Origin: Pocillopora damicornis
Taxonomy: Eukaryota
Assembly (NCBI RefSeq): GCF_003704095.1
Contig: NW_020845812.1
Coordinates: forward strand, 744,001-808,000
Reading direction: 5' to 3'
Length of the DNA: 64,000 bases
In this document: piece by piece, positions 61,402 through 64,000 of the stretch
Layout: every line of letters starts with the position of its first letter
Numbering within the stretch: position 1 is the stretch's first letter
Position numbers and translations under genes: made by a program
Notes under the pieces: generated by a model
Databases searched by the model: none
What the model was told of the DNA's origin: nothing
The model's input: only the letters and a program-made list of their open reading frames with translations

Positions 61402-63605
61402 ATGAAGGCTCTTCTCCTACTTTTCAGTTTGGTTTCCATTGTTCCTGCGCTTTCATATTCTTCAAGGTCGGTTAGGTCTGGTAAGTTGCCAATTGATTAT
61501 CATTTTCTTCGATGAAATTTAGTAACGAAATTTCCGGTTAGTAGATAGTCTCCAGTGTTGAAGCTTGAAGATTTGAACGACGGTCATTTTGCTCTTTTAC
61601 CTATGAAATACTTATTACTAGAAAGAGCATTAGGATGATTTGATAAGTTGCTTCCAAAATTTCATCCTTTGCCATCTGAGTACCTTTAGCTGCTATGTGA
61701 TTTAAAACACGAGCAAGTTCCCTTTTGGGAAAACCACATATCTGCGAGGACGAATAGAAATGTTATCAGACGTAAATAATCGAGTGCGAAACCTCTCTTT
61801 CTTTCTTTCCTTCTTTCTTTCTTTCTTTCTTTCTTTCTCTCTATCTTTCTTCCTTTCTTACATTTTTAATTTTCTAAGCTAATTATTGGCCTTAACTTTT
61901 TAGTTATGTTTCAGGTATTCACTGATAAAAAGCTGAGACAAGCATCGTCCGGCTATTAAATTTAAACTCAATTGCAAGTTTTTTCTGATCAAAAGTCTTT
62001 CAAGAATACTAAGATTCGAGGAACAGGAGAATGTTTCTGAGCACTAAAATCTCATTCAGCAAAATTCTAAGTTTACTTTAGTTGAGTTTCCTTTGACCTC
62101 GCTACCGACGGCCAGGGTCTCCTAAGACGACAATGCAAAAATTTGATAAACAGATCCTAAACTTCATAATTGTTACTTATCTTTCATCCACTTGACATAT
62201 TAATAAACAATTGTTTTGTTTTTTTCTAAGTTGTAAGCAGACAGGGCCAAAAGATTGTTATGTGAGCATATTTTTGGCAAAGGTATATGAACTGCAGTAG
62301 TTTTGAAACGACGATCGTTCGTGTTTCTTAAATACTCAATAGGATATCGTATACTTTTATCATAAGTGCCTTTTTACAATGATTTCTTCCCTAATTTACT
62401 TACATCAGGTTTGAATTCGTCAACGTTAGTAGAGATTATTTGATGTATAAAATCGTTCGTTGATTTTAATTTCTTTTAAACTCAGACTGCGACGAGAATT
62501 GCCTAAAATGTGCAGATCCCAAGTCACATTTCCCGAAATGTCGAAGATGCAAAGAAGGCTATACACTGGTTAAAACTTACATTCGACGTAGATGCGAAAG
62601 CCAGTGCCCACCCGGATCAGGACAAGTACCGGTATGGGATCCAGTCATCAGAGCTTACATTTGCGATAGAAAAACAGGTTATTAAATCTGTGATGTATTG
62701 ACGTCACCAATAGATTTTAGCAACAAATCGACTAATGTTGTGACAAGGAATGTTGCTCAACTTTAATTTATGGTTTGCAAATATGATGGCTTCAAACTTT
62801 TGGAGGAAAGATGGATATCCTACTGTGTTGTTCAGGGAATGTTCTTGGTAACTGATGCATTGAAGAGGGTAGCAAAAGTGGAAAGTGGTGGAGGGTAGGG
62901 GAGGGGAGGGGAAGTCCTGATCCCGTTTTATGCACGAACTGAAAAATTCACGTGTATTGCAGTTTAAACAATATTTCACGCGTCATGAATTTAAAAGGAT
63001 TAACTTCAAACCTTACCTTACCTCTCCGTCGGTAAAATTTACGCTTCACGCATAAAGCCTTTGCCAACCTCATTAAGGTCAACGTTCTATAGGGTGGGCA
63101 AATTCACATTGGAGAAGCCTCGAAGCCTAATGTATGTTACTGGCGTAAGCCAAAGAGTGAGTAGGAGGTGAATTTCATTGCATAACAGGATCAGCAAAAC
63201 TATACTTTTTTTTACATCCGATGTGACAACGTCAATGAAAGCAAAACTGGCAAACAAGGTTCAACTGTTTGCATTCGGTTGATATTCATTCACTCCCTCA
63301 GTTTATGTTGATGAGGTGATTATAAGTGATTAGAAAAATCAATTTCTGTTTTATCCTCGGTTTTTGTTGTGTTTCGCCATTTTCACTCTGACATTTGCTT
63401 TTTCGCACAGATTGTGACTGGCACGATTCCAACTGCGTAGAATGTCTAGGCAGTGGGTCATGCCTAAAGTGCAAGAAGAACTATGCCCTTAAACAAAAAT
63501 CGTTCAAATATACTGGAGCTATCATCGGTCTAAACAAATGCGTTGACGACTGCGAAACATGCGTGGAGCCCCGAAGTAAAACTATTGTTTGCAAGACGAC
63601 GGCAG
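61402..63605 (+). CDS. Secreted cysteine-rich protein with furin-like (FU) repeats, 5' part only
   Basis: Exon 61402-61480 encodes the signal peptide MKALLLLFSLVSIVPALS. Microexon about 62238-62261 (ADRAKRLL). Exons 62486-62677 (CDENCLKCADPKSHFPKCRRCKEGYTL...CESQCPPG) and 63411-63605 (CDWHDSNCVECLGSGSCLKCKKNYAL...CVDDC). All introns are phase 1. No stop is seen, so the gene continues past the window. Confidence 0.75.
61799..61859. repeat. (CTTT)n microsatellite
   Basis: Imperfect CTTT array. Confidence 0.9.
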
Positions 63606-64000
63606 GTATGTTTTCGACATAGTTGCTTCCCCTCAAAAAAGGTTTTATTGTTCTCAGTATGTCGGATGTTATTTGGAGTTCTATTTGGCTGATGCTGAAG
63701 GCAACCTTCGCTCCGATTAGCGGTTGTGAATATTTTGGTTCTGTTTTTCTCGAAACGGAAATGAAAACTGCTCTAATAATAGCATTTGTGTTTCTCCTCC
63801 AGCTTCGTGTTTAAACAGTCAGGCACCATCAACCCCTCACAGGAAAAGCCCACACAACTGTAAGCTCTTCCCTTATCAGTTGACTTCGTTTGATAGGTGT
63901 TTGAAACTTCCTTATTCGTCACGCTCATTACGTCATCCGTTTATATTTTTCTTTTTTCTTCTTCTTAGTACTCTTGTTACTTTCAGTGCCTTCCCCGAAA

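Noticed and set aside
62486-63605. Calling the FU-repeat gene RSPO
   Set aside because: Key FU2 phenylalanines are missing and no TSP1 domain is visible, so only the architecture is similar.
1-64000. Prokaryotic systems (CRISPR array, operon, defence island)
   Set aside because: The genes are spliced with GT-AG introns, and no regularly spaced repeat-spacer array was seen. The tandem repeats are simple two-copy duplications.

Overview
Eukaryotic, intron-rich and AT-rich animal DNA. It is most likely a scleractinian coral, inferred from recalled repeat families and not verified. Four spliced genes were assembled by hand from GT-AG sites with phase checks. (1) A TRPC-like cation channel (+, about 7983-16175, 14 coding exons, about 663 aa) with no visible ankyrin repeats. 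(2) A complete multidomain acetyl-CoA carboxylase (+, 20092-53792, about 70 coding exons, two assembly gaps). (3) METTL25 (-, 60695-55464), convergent with ACC. (4) The 5' part of a secreted furin-repeat cysteine-rich protein (+, from 61402, running off the window), divergent from METTL25. The first 4 kb is a nest of DNA-transposon remnants, and the introns carry MITEs, a tRNA-derived SINE and Penelope/retrozyme-like fragments with decayed hammerhead cores. The most notable signal is the ACC 5' end: a ChoRE-like pair of E-boxes (CACGTG-N5-CACGCG) just ahead of a non-coding first exon, plus an upstream alternative first exon that splices in frame to add a basic/aromatic N-terminal peptide (MGSFQRRFRLFS). 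Together these suggest a sugar-responsive, two-isoform ACC from one gene. Most ORFs in the supplied track are exon fragments or spurious. No searches were run, so family assignments rest on recognised motifs.
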